DNA of 63,815 nt, filler included, from Octopus bimaculoides (lineage: Eukaryota): the NCBI RefSeq assembly GCF_001194135.2. It is 4 parts of 4 records of this genome, joined end to end, with 100 filler letters (N's around TTAATTAATTAA, not from the genome) between each part and the next. Parts side by side here need not be neighbours in the genome. Positions count along the whole stretch, not along the records: positions 33,637 to 60,720 come from NC_068996.1; 3 more parts are not named here. One strand, 5' to 3'. Positions 37,790-48,433 of this stretch are shown here, one piece after another. The notes under the pieces were generated by a model that saw only the letters and a program-made list of their open reading frames with translations, searched no databases and was not told the origin of the DNA. Positions within the stretch are counted from its first letter, which is position 1. Every line of letters begins with the position of its first letter. The translations under genes and the position numbers were made by a program.

Positions 37790-38440
37790 TCACTGAAATC
37801 CCCTTTTCCCATTCTTGCATTGGTGATATAGAAATTGTTGAAGCAGAATTTTCTATGGCTGGATGCCCTTCCTGTCACCAACCCTCACCTGTTTCCAAGC
37901 AAATAATATTTGCCCCTTGGCCAGAAATGTTCTCCCAGAATATTGGGAAGGAACATTGTTGCTTGTATAACAATGATGCTCATTTACAATCATCACTTGA
38001 TGCCTAGACCACACACACATACATGCCCACACGCAGACCCGTGCACACACATATATCTATACACTATGCAGGCTTCTTTCAGTTTCTTATTCCTTTACTG
38101 CCCTCAAGGGGCTACACACAGAGGGGACAAAGAAGGACAAACGGATTAAGTCAAATATATCGACCCTAGTGCGTAATCGACCCAGAAAGGATGAAAGGCA
38201 AAGTCGACCTCAGCGGAATTTGAACTCAGAACATAATGGCAGATGAAATACCACTAAGCATTTCACCCACCGTGCTAACGTTTCTGCCAGCTCGCCGCCT
38301 TCTTTCAGTTTCTGTCTACCAAATCCGTTCACAATGTTTTAGTTGACCTGCATTTTAGTCTTATGTGCCCAAGATGCCATGCAGTGGGACCAAACCCAAG
38401 ACCGCATAGTTAAAAGAAAGCAATCTTCTGGACCGCACTG
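37790..38440 (-). mobile_element. SINE B head with RTE-type tail (B2), carrying a nested A2 SINE
   Basis: Head at 38300-38440. Tail with GGAAGGGCATCCAGC at 37850-37990, homologous to 53400-53585. Confidence 0.75.
38088..38298 (-). mobile_element. SINE family A2 nested in SINE B, 13-15 bp TSD
   Basis: CTTCTTTCAGTTTCT at 38073-38087 and 38299-38313. Confidence 0.92.
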
Positions 38441-38449
38441 CCATTCTTG

Positions 38450-38660
38450 TGCTTACAGTGACAATAAGTAAAGATCTGGGGAATCTGCCTTCCAGAGTCC
38501 ATTTTTGCACAGGGCCAACTATACACTGCATTTTGATAGGTGAAAAAGACAAGCTAGTGTCTAAACCTTCCTTGACAAAAATACCGATGAACTCACAGAA
38601 AGCATTGCCTACAAAGAACAGCTACCATCAGCTATAGTTTACAGGAACATATTTGCCTAG
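38450..38660 (+). mobile_element. Helitron PIF1-like helicase C-terminal relic
   Basis: TVTISK..G..LPSRV then, after a frameshift, FAQGQLYTAF and DELTESIAYKEQL. Matches the AMTINKSQGQ / FxHGQLYVAxSR / TxNVVYKEV pattern. Confidence 0.55.
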
Positions 38661-38864
38661 TCTTCGTATAATTGGCATTATCATTTCCAAAACCTGATAT
38701 TAATACCCACTTTTTCCTTTTTTTCTGATCTTGATATTTCACTTTGCCCCAATCACATTTGGAATGAGGTAAGGATTGGTAAAAATTTTGAAAATTCTTT
38801 GAGCTACCATTACTAGTGTGGCACCGTGAGCAAATATCTTCTGCTATAGTCCTAGATATATATA

Positions 38865-38924
<60 letters not shown>

Positions 38925-38925
38925 G

Positions 38926-39207
38926 TACTCTTTTACTCTTTTACTCGTTTCAGTCATTTGACTGCGGCCATGCTGGAGCACCACCTTTTAGTTGATCAAA
39001 TCGATCCCAGGACTTATTCTTTGGAAGCCTAGTACTTATTCTATCGGTCTCTTTTGCCGAACCGCTAAGTTACGGGGACATAAACACACCAGTTGTCAAG
39101 CGATGTTGAGGGGACAAACACAGACACACACACACATATATATATATATACATATACATATCTACGACGAGCTTCTTTCAGTTTCCGTCTACCAAATCCA
39201 CTCACAG
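38926..39207 (-). mobile_element. SINE family B (B1 tail), 5'-truncated
   Basis: Reverse complement of the 24050-24320 region. Confidence 0.9.
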
Positions 39208-39297
39208 TTCTAATTTTGAAATCAGTGAATGTGTTTCACTAGAATTATATGTTTAAGAGAGCTTCACAGGCATCTCCAACTAGCAGGCCATTGCTAC

Positions 39298-39340
39298 TCC
39301 AGACTGACGACGAGCAAAGACTCAGAAACATGTCTCTGGA
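39298..39340 (+). ncRNA. Putative minimal type I hammerhead ribozyme
   Basis: TCCAGA / CTGACGA / C-GAG-CAAAGA-CTC-A / GAAA / C-AT-G-TC (cleavage after GUC, 39334) / TCTGGA. Helix I is 6 perfect bp and the core nucleotides are intact. Confidence 0.72.
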
Positions 39341-40341
39341 TGCAGGCTTAGCTAAGTGGAGGTGCTTGTCTCCCCCTTGTAAACATAAGGACACAGGAAA
39401 TGTGTCAAGGCCGACAGGAAGTGGTGCTAATTCCTAGGGCTAAATAGCAGTAGTATTATTCCCGTCATGGGACTGTCACATTAAGTTGACAGCATACTTC
39501 ATCACATCACTACTGCATAAGTCTCTCTGAGAGATTTAGAAATGTATTATTTCTATTTTTAATCAATGTTTTTTTACAAACAATGCATGTGTATGTGGGT
39601 ATTCATTTTATATGTGCCTGTGTGGACACACACATATATATGAACATATTTATACACTTACACACACACATACACACACACACGCGCGCATATCTGCAAC
39701 ACAATTTCATGACTTCTTCGCCTGTCTCGAGTTTAAGATGTTGATAATAACATTAACACAAGAACCAGTAACAAAATCAAAATGGTGAGCTTGAGGCAGC
39801 TGTTTTTGCATGGGTCATTCACAAAGGTTTTTACATAAAAGAACATAACAATAAGCATTCTCATCAAACTTACATTTCAAATTTCAATGAAATATTCAGG
39901 CAGTGGTTATACAAAAGAAAACCAGGGGTTTGGTTTACCAGCTGATGATTGGAAATGAGCAACTGTGAGAACTGGAAAGTGGAGCCTTTCCATTATAATG
40001 TAATAGAGAGTGTTCTACATTTGTATTGAGTCTTGGGAGTTATCACTTCTGGTGAACCAACAGATATTTATGTGTGTATTTATTTATATATATATANNNN
40101 NNNNNNNNNNNNNNNNNNNNNNNNNNNNNNNNNNNNNNNNNNNNNNNNNNNNNNNNNNNNNNNNNNNNNNNNNNNNNNNNNNNNNNNNNNNNNNNNNNNN
40201 NNNNNNNNNNNNNNNNNNNNNNNNNNNNNNNNNNNNNNNNNNNNNNNNNNNNNNNNNNNNNNNNNNNNNNNNNNNNNNNNNNNNNNNNNNNNNNNNNNNN
40301 NNNNNNNNNNNNNNNNNNNNNNNNNNNNNNNNNNNNNNNNN

Positions 40342-40674
40342 AGTCTCATTGCGTGGCAAGTGTCTTCTACTATAGCCTTGGGCCAACCAAAGCCTTGTGA
40401 GTGGATTTGGTAGACGGAAACTGAAAGAAGCCCGTTGTATATATGTATGCGTGTGTATATGTTTGTGTGTCTGTGTTTGTCCCCTCAACATCGCTTGACA
40501 ACCGATGCTGGTGTGTTTATGTCCCCTAACTTAGCGGCTCGGCAAAAGAGACTGATAGAATGAGTACTAGGCTTACAAAGAATAAGTTCTAGGGTCGATT
40601 TGCTCGACTAAAGGTGGTACTCCAGCATGGCCGCAGTCAAATGACTGAAACAAATAAAAGAGAGTAAAAGAGTA
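40342..40674 (+). mobile_element. SINE family B (B1 tail), head partly in gap
   Basis: Near-identical to 49760-50094. Confidence 0.92.
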
Positions 40675-40768
40675 TATGTACTTCCTTTGTATGTTTAGTT
40701 GCCAAGGGCCTGACTGCATTACATGTTACTATGAAGCTGTACCAAGTTTTTGTTGATCTGACTAAGGT

Positions 40769-41911
40769 GTTTGGTACCATGAATAGAAATACCTTATGAA
40801 ACATTCTAAGGAAGTTTGGTACCATGAATAGAAGTACCTTATGAAACATTCCGAGGAATTTTGGTACCATGAATAGAAGTACCTTGTGAAACATTCTGAG
40901 GAAGTTTGGTACCATGAATACAAGTACCTTGTGAAACATTCCAAGGAAGTTTGGTACCATGAATAGAAATACCTTATGAAACATTCTGAGAAAGTTTGGC
41001 ACCATGAATAGAAGTACCTTGTGAAACATTCCGAGGAAGTTTGGTATCATGAATACAAGTACCTTGAAACATTCTGAGGAAGTTTGGTACCATGAATACA
41101 AGTACCTTGTGAAACATTCTAAGGAAGTTTGGTACCATGAATAGAAGTACCTCGTGAAACATTCCGAGGAAGTTTGGTACCATGAATAGAAATACCTTGA
41201 AACATTCTGAGGAAGTTTGGTACCATGAATAGAATTACCTTATGAAACATTCTAAGGAAGTTTGGTACCATAAATACAAGTACCTTGTGAAACATTCCAA
41301 GGAAGTTTGGTACCATGAATAGAAGTACTTTGTGAAACATTCCAAGGAAGTTTGATACCATGAATAGAAGTACCTTGTGAAACATTCTGAGGAAGTTTGG
41401 TACCATGAATACAAGTACCTTGTGAAACATTCCAAGGAAGTTTGGTACCATGAATAGAAGTACCTTGTGAAACATTCTGAGGAAGTTTGGTACCATGAAT
41501 AAAATTACCTTATGAAACATTCCGAGGAAGTTTGGTACCATGAATACAAGTACCTTGTGAAACATTCCAAGGAAGTTTGGTACCATGAATAGAAGTACCT
41601 TGTGAAACATTCCAAGGAAGTTTGGTACCATGAATAGANNNNNNNNNNAATAGAAGTACCTTGTGAAACATTCCAAGGAAGTTTGGTACCATGAATAGAA
41701 GTACCTTGTGAAACATTCTGAGGAAGTTTGGTACCATGAATAGAATTACCTTATGAAACATTCTGAGGAAGTTTGGTACCATGAATACAAGTAGCTTGTG
41801 AAACATTCCAAGGAAGTTTGGTACCATGAATAGAAGTACCTTGTGAAACATTCCAAAGAAGTTTGGTACCATGAATAGAAGTACCTTATGAAACATTCTG
41901 AGGAAGTTTGG
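40769..41911 (+). repeat. 45-bp minisatellite, 25 visible units (two are 43 bp; 10-N gap at 41639-41648)
   Basis: Consensus GTTTGGTACCATGAATAGAAGTACCTTGTGAAACATTC(C/T)(A/G)AGGAA, counted unit by unit. Confidence 0.97.
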
Positions 41912-42785
41912 GCCTCCTAGTAAGTTTGTGTCTGTGCTTGGATGTTTTCATGATGGAATAAAAGTACATGTCCAATTTTGCATGCTGGAAATGGTTTTAA
42001 TGGTTTTAATCAAGGGAGGTATACCAGCACCATTTCTGATCATATTGTACTTTGCTACTTTGTTTTCTTAATGGTTTTTGAGGGTTGCTTATATGAGGCC
42101 TACATCAGATACCAAACAATAGGTAGAATGTTGCATATAAGATGGTTTGTTGTCAAATCAAAGCTTTTTTCATTACTAATATGAAAATTCCTATATTTTG
42201 ACAACTGTGATCTTGCTGGTGTTTCCCAGAGTGGTGGGCAGCATCTTGTGCATTCCTTGGCAGCATGCATTTCATTGGGTCTGACAACCACCTGTAAAAG
42301 AGAGTCCTGATATATCAACCTGCTCCAGGTACAACTTAACTCTAGGCCAAACATCTTTGTGTGTGGACAGAAATTGCATGTTGTGGATAGATTTGCGTTT
42401 TGAGGCAGAATTGTGAACATGACAAATAGTCTTGATGATGAAATCTCTTACCAAATCAAGCCAGTGATGTATTCGGAAAATTGGATTGCATTGAATTTCA
42501 GTTGAGACAAAACTGAAAGTCAGCAATACTTGTATATTGTTTTAATTGAGACATATGGAAAAGCTGGAGTGATTTCACCAGCTCTGTCTCTGCTGTATAC
42601 TGGCTACCCCATGACAAATATACATAAGTAGCAGCATTGAAGCCTGAACACTATCAGTTTACTAGTAAAGAGCTTCTAGTTCGTCAGCACCAATTATGTT
42701 AGAGTAGTTATATGTTCTGGCTGGAAGACAATCAGATCTCTAAGCAATTTCCATATGTAGAGTTAACCCCTTATAAAAGACTAGC

Positions 42786-42838
42786 ATTTAGGTATAAGAA
42801 CTACACTGGAAAAATTTAGGTATAAGAACTACACTGGA
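42786..42838 (+). repeat. 25-bp perfect direct repeat (28-bp period)
   Basis: ATTTAGGTATAAGAACTACACTGGA at 42786 and 42814. Confidence 0.95.
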
Positions 42839-43975
42839 GAAAGTCAAAATCTCGGAAAATGGAAGGAGAAAACTTGATTCTAAATTGTTCGTCATGGAGC
42901 GCAGGGTGCTCGCAAGAGATACTTGTAAAAGTTTTGCTGTTGATTTACCTGAGTATGTTGGTATACACCTGTAACCGGGGTGGCATGTCTGTCTAAGTAA
43001 GGTAGACATTAGAAGTTGTCATAGAAGCCACATACACAGAGGAAAGTTGCATAGTATTCATCTTGCAGGGAAAGTGGGATAAAATGTGCATCATGAGGCA
43101 GATAGAAATATATGAAGATTTACCTGAGCAATAATGTAACACCTACTGCAAGAGGTGCCCATTATTGCTACATCTGTACAAAAGTGTATAACAATTTTTT
43201 AGAGGATTAAAAAGCCATATCTGTGCTGTTCGTGTTTAAGAGGACAATCGAGTCACAGCTATCGTGTGTGTGTGCGTTTATGCATGTATATATGTTTATA
43301 GTATATAATATGTGTGTGTGTTCATGTGTATGTATATGTGTTTGTGTAGGTATATATGTGTTTGTGTTTTTATGTACATATATGTGTGTGTTTGTATGTA
43401 TATATGTTTATTTGTATGTATGTATGTGTGTATATATGTTTGTGTATATAAGTATGTGTTAGTGTATATGTGTTTGTGTGTATGTATATGTGTTTGTTTG
43501 TGTGGGTGTGTATGTATGTTTGTGTGTGTATGTATGTATGTGTGTTTATGTGTATGTATGTGTGTTTGTGTGTATGTATGTGTGTTTNNNNNNNNNNNNN
43601 NNNNNNNNNNNNNNNNNNNNNNNNNNNNNNNNNNNNNNNNNNNNNNNNNNNNNNNNNNNNNNNNNNNNNNNNNNNNNNNNNNNNNNNNNNNNNNNNNNNN
43701 NNNNNNNNNNNNNNNNNNNNNNNNNNNNNNNNNNNNNNNNNNNNNNNNNNNNNNNNNNNNNNNNNNNNNNNNNNNNNNNNNNNNNNNNNNNNNNNNNNNN
43801 NNNNNNNNNNNNNNNNNNNNNNNNNNNNNNNNNNNNNNNNNNNNNNNNNNNNNNNNNNNNNNNNNNNNNNNNNNNNNNNNNNNNNNNNNNNNNNNNNNNN
43901 NNNNNNNNNNNNNNNNNNNNNNNNNNNNNNNNNNNNNNNNNNNNNNNNNNNNNNNNNNNNNNNNNNNNNNNNNNN

Positions 43976-44110
43976 AGGCAGGTTCTCACACAATTTCGGA
44001 AGTGACACACACCACTTTCTCCAGATCGATGAATGCTATGTATTGTGGTTTACATTTTGTCAAATACTTCCCCTGCATTTGCCAAACTACATCTGATCTA
44101 GGTTTACTTT
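43976..44110 (-). mobile_element. RTE-type RT fragment
   Basis: Reverse strand QMQGKYLTKCKPQYIAFIDLEK. Confidence 0.65.
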
Positions 44111-44199
44111 CTATCTGATTAATTGGGCTATGATTCTTTCAGTGACATTCATAAACTGGTCCAGTAATTTCATATATATGGTGGTTACCTACTCCTTAT

Positions 44200-44535
44200 G
44201 CAGAGTTTGACCACCTCCTGTACCTACACCTTAGAACCATCATGGCATCTGATGTGGCTTTTTAAACCAGACAATGTTTTCAAAAGACACCCACATACGT
44301 TGCATATCCGATTTGGACCACCAAGAGGTGCAGTTAAGTTCTGATCTTTGTGGATCTTAAAATATCTTTTGAGAATAGTAGACATTCTGCCATACACTGC
44401 ATTGAAAGGTGTGCACAGACATATAGGCAAAATAATTGGTGGAGGTTCATTTTCCATGGGTTTGCAAATGAGATTTGAGCCCAGCAAAAGAAAGACATGG
44501 TCTGTCGCAAACTGTACACATGAAAAGGTCATTGT
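44200..44535 (-). mobile_element. RTE-like LINE 3' end with single C-terminal C2H2-like finger
   Basis: ORF 44224..44532 ends CNVCGCLLKTLSGLKSHIRCH. Similar motif closes the plus-strand RTE near 43210. Confidence 0.55.
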
Positions 44536-44574
44536 GATTCACCTTCTCGATTGTAACATATATATATAAAATTG

Positions 44575-44735
44575 TCATTATCATCACCATTCAATATTTG
44601 TTTTCTATGCTGGCATGGGTTGGATGGCTCGACAGGATGTTCTATAGTCTGTTTTGGCTTGATTTCCTTTCCTAATGCCAACCACTCCACCAAGCATACT
44701 GAGAACTTTTTACATGGAACCAGCATCAATGCTTC
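44575..44735 (-). mobile_element. SINE family E fragment
   Basis: TATGCTGGCATGGGTTGGATGG ... CCTTTCCTAATGCCAACCACTC. Confidence 0.7.
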
Positions 44736-44769
44736 TTACGTAGCACCTTGATTTTAGGTTCTCAATTCC

Positions 44770-45290
44770 GTTGTGACAGTCTGATTGACGGCTCGTCCGA
44801 GAGAGCCACCAAAAACAGCAGTGGTCCCAGTATAGTTCCCTGAGGGACTCCATTTAGAATTAATATCTCCTCAGAAAGAGCTCCATTAGCTGTAACTGTC
44901 TGACTCCTATCTTTTAAAAGGTCATGCAGCTATTCCTGTAGTTTTCCAATTATTCCAAAGTCATATTGTTTGTGACATATCATTACATGATAACTTTATC
45001 GAAGGCCTTGACAAAATCAAGATATATCATATCTATATGTAAATGGTTGCACTGTTGTTAAAGTACCACCCACTCATAATGCTTGTAGTATCTATGTAAG
45101 GTGGCTCCTCTCTGGGCAGAAGCCTTTGCATGTTAGTGAGGAAGTCATTTTCTTCTAGGACCATGATCAGCTTCCTTCTGACAATCTGTTCCATTACCTT
45201 GTTCACATGGGAAGTCAAAGAGATAGCATCTGCTCTGCTTTCTCTTTATAAGGCATAATTATACCTTCATTTTAATACTTTGCAAAGTTT
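44770..45290 (-). mobile_element. CR1/L2-like LINE RT relic
   Basis: Reverse strand ISLTSHVNKVMEQIVRRKL, IYLDFVKAFDKV, LKDRSQTVTANG, GVPQGTILGPLLF. Confidence 0.85.
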
Positions 45291-45729
45291 TTTGCAGACC
45301 AGAAAACAGAGGAAAAGTTTTGCAGTGGCTTTGTGAGAACTTTCTTGTTCTTAACAGAATAACTGGAAAGGCCACCAGGGCCCATTACAGACTTCACCAA
45401 TGGTCTTTTATGTTGATACCTCTCTCCTGTGTGCATTTGTGGTGTTACAGAATCATCAAGCTTGCTTATTTGCATATCTCTCAGTGGGAAAATGGAAACA
45501 CTTTGGGATTGTTTATTTAACATGTTACTTGACTACATGGGGTCTGCAGTCTGTGAGCCATTTTCTTCAAATAGTGTCCCTATCTTGTAGCACTGAGACG
45601 GATTATTTTGCAAATTTGTAGATAACCTGAGGGTTCAATTTTATATTTTTGACTGCCCTGGTTTCTCTTTCTTCCCTTTCTTTTTCATGGGAGAGGCTGA
45701 GTTTATTTTAGTCTCATAGACCAGCCATA

Positions 45730-46238
45730 TAATAAACTTGTTGGTTGTTCACTACAATATACATGTTGTAGCACTCCAGCCCCTTTGTTTAAGCTCCATG
45801 ATCCCTATCACAGCTTCCTTAATCTTCTCCTTCAGCCTGGAGAATAACCAAAAGTTACAGGGAGTGTGGTCTGAATGGCAGGGAGGGTGAGGGACAGTTT
45901 ATTAAGTAGTTGGTTACCAGGATGCTTGCCACAGAGCACCCTGGAAACAAATTAGGCACACATTTTTTGCATGTTTAGATTGTCATGAATAATTCCATTT
46001 ACAGTTGCTGCACCAACTCTAAAACTGTATGTTTATTTTCTTTATAGACACACAAGTCTTCTTCCAGAAAGTTGTGCATTTTCTCAAACATCTCTGATTG
46101 TCAGTCCTTCCTCTCCTTCCCAGACTTCTCATTGCTTCTCACCTCGTCTCTAGCATTCTGCAACCTCTTGTGCCAGCAAAAAAGTCAATCCATAAGCAGT
46201 CTGGAACATTTCATAAGTTACTGTGGAATTTTTGCCCA
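45730..46238 (-). mobile_element. mariner transposase relic, internally deleted
   Basis: Reverse strand GKNSTVTYEMFQTAYG, CWHKRL, IIHDNLNM.KMCA.FV.RVL, KTVPHPP..SDHTPCNFWLFSRL. Confidence 0.72.
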
Positions 46239-46244
46239 GTTTAA

Positions 46245-46703
46245 CCCTTTCAATACCAACCCACCTGAAACCACCTCTGGCTCTGAGTACAAATGTCTTG
46301 TTTTCATAAGTTTTGAATTCAAATCTTTCACCAAACCTTAGTCACAATTTATGTTCCTAACACTAGCTTAATGATAACTAAGTTATTTTACTAAATTCTT
46401 TGTTATATTTAAAGTAATTGAAAGCNNNNNNNNNNTAAGGTAACAAAAGGGTTAAAATATATAATAGAAAAACAATTCTTAACCCTTTAGATACCAACCC
46501 ACCTGAAACCGGCTCTGGCTCTGTAGTACAAATGTCTTGTTTTCAAAAGTTCTGAATTAAAATCTTCCACCAAACCTTAGTCACAATTTATGTTCCTAAC
46601 ACTAGCTTAATGATAACTAAGTTATTTTACTAAATTCTTTGTTATATTTAAAGTAATTGAAAGCAACACAGAGCATCTCAAAATAAATACAGTAACAAAA
46701 GGG
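46245..46703. mobile_element. Two tandem piggyBac-like MITEs, family H (46245-46451, 46483-46703)
   Basis: Each is TTAA|CCCTTT...AAAGGG|TTAA, near-identical interiors, 23-bp spacer. 10-N gap in copy 1. Confidence 0.85.
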
Positions 46704-47029
46704 TTAACACAAAACTTTATTGCATTGCAAGCTTCCAAAAATCCCAACTGCACTCTGCAAATTAGTCTGTTGTGACAAGTAATGTTTAATAGAGTGTGTT
46801 CAAAGTGCTGTTGCAGTGGTCCCCTTCAATCTAGAATAACAAAAATTAGCAGGTCAGCTTATTAGATGGATGGGCAGTAACATTATATAAAATTTACAAT
46901 AACCTAATGGAAGTAGGTGAGGGTCAATGATAGGAAAGGTATTTAGCCATAGAAAATCTGCCTGAATGAATTTTGTCCCATGCAAGCCATGAGAAAATAT
47001 TCTTTAAAACAATAATGTATGTGTGTAAT

Positions 47030-47120
47030 ATTTTTTAATGCGTGCGTGTGTGTATGTGTGTAATATTTTTGAATGTGTGTGTGTGTGTGTATGTGTGTAA
47101 TATTTTTGAATGCGTGTACA
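47030..47120 (+). repeat. ~35-bp tandem repeat x3 (GTGTGTAATATTTTT.AATG core with (TG)n)
   Basis: Directly visible. Confidence 0.8.
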
Positions 47121-47298
47121 TATGATTAAATTTCTTTCTGTATAAGCACACTTATCTCAATAGCAGTATGTACAAGTATTACTAGGCAAACAAGGACAAA
47201 ACAATAGGTAAGTGAAAACTCTGGATAGCTGACAGGAAATAGCATGCACCATGAAAAGCAAAACATGTGAAGTAGATACGTTAAGAAATGGGTTATTA

Positions 47299-47656
47299 CC
47301 AGCGTCGCCCTACTGGCACTTGTGCCGGTGGCACGGGAAAAGACATTCGAGCGAGATCGTTGCCAGTGCCACTGGACTGGCTCCTGTGCAGGTGGCGTGT
47401 AAATGTAAAATAAACCATTTTGAGCGTGGCTGTTGCCAGTACCATGTGACTGGCCTTCGTGCCGGTGACACGTAAAAAGCACCCACTACACTATGGTTGG
47501 CGTTAGGAAGGGCATCCAGCTGTAGAAACTCTCCAAAATCAGATTGGAGCCTGGTGTAGCCATCTGGTTTCACCAGACCTCAGTCAAATCGTCCAACCCA
47601 TGCTAGCATGGAAGGCGGACGTTAAATGATGATGATAATGACGATGATGATGATGA
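47299..47656 (+). mobile_element. SINE family E with three internal ~65-bp modules and (ATG)n tail
   Basis: Modules start at 47299, 47363 and 47436, then GTTAGGAAGGGCATCCAGCTGTAGAAA...CCAACCCATGCTAGCATGGAA...GTTAAATGATGATG. Confidence 0.9.
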
Positions 47657-48082
47657 CAGTGCTGGTGCATACCAGGATCAAACTCAGTCCTCATTCATGC
47701 TACCCCTGAAACCCATGAATGTAACTCTCAACAAGTTTTTGATATCATAGTGTTGCCAACCATTCCATCCGCTCCCCAGTAATGTCTCAGATGAATCAGT
47801 CTAGGTTTTTACTAGTCAGTAAGGTAGTCAAATGATTGCACAATTCTCTTGTGTTTCCTCATCATATAAGACTGTCCTCCTGCACCATTTGACTGAGACT
47901 TGACACTGCTACCTTTTAAGCTTTTTGACAGTGGCCCTAATCAACCTGTCTGGACTGTTTTGTTCATTTCCTGGACATGCCAAGCAAACTCAGCTGTTCT
48001 GGTAATGTCTGATCATTGCTAATGTTTATTTCTCTTGGCCATGGATGAATCCACTCTCAGAGGCTTCCAGCTTTTTCCTGAC

Positions 48083-48433
48083 CCAGTGCTGCCTGACTGG
48101 CTCCCATGCCGGTGGCACGTAAAAGCACCATTTGAGTATGGTTGTTGCCAGTGCCGCCTGACTGGCTACCGTATCGGTGACATGTAAAAAGCACCATTTG
48201 GGTGTGGGTGTTGCCAGTGCTGCCTGACTGGCTCCCACGCTGCTGGCACATAAAAAGCACCCACTACACTCTGAGTGGTTGGCATTAGGAAAGGTATCCA
48301 GCTGTAGAAACCTTGCCAGATGAGATTGGAGCCTGGTGCAGCTGCCTGGCTTTGCCAGTCCTCCGTCAAACTGTCCAACCCATGCTAGCATGGAAAGCAG
48401 ACGTTAAACGATGATGATGATGATGATGATGAT
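48083..48433 (+). mobile_element. SINE family E with three internal ~65-bp modules
   Basis: Modules start at 48083, 48148 and 48214. Same tail. Confidence 0.9.

Larger units (their letters stand above)
40725..43250 (+). mobile_element. RTE-clade LINE relic (RT to C-terminal region) containing the 45-bp minisatellite
   Basis: LYQVFVDLTKVFGT.NR..L*NILRKFG..PSKFVSVL.CFHDG, QG.IPAP, YIRYQTIG, LYFDNCDL (decayed LYADD), PNIFVCGQKL.VVD.F, NSLDDEIS, LEDNQISKQFPY, and a terminal GLKSHI motif near 43210. The last 400 bp are less certain. Confidence 0.85.

Noticed and set aside
39780-39930. ELEAAVFAWV-like peptide suggesting a pogo/CENP-B HTH
   Set aside because: Too short and degenerate to support without a profile search.
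40769-41911. CRISPR-like array next to a reverse transcriptase
   Set aside because: Units are head-to-tail with no unique spacers, there are no cas genes, the context is eukaryotic, and the unit is itself RT coding sequence.
44224-44532. Possible host C2H2 zinc-finger gene exon
   Set aside because: Single finger with no TGEKP linker, at the end of an ORF among LINE debris. It fits an RTE C-terminal finger better.
47800-48075. Possible minus-strand RTE C-terminal remnant (KKLEASE, QLSLLG)
   Set aside because: Similarity is too weak to call by eye.
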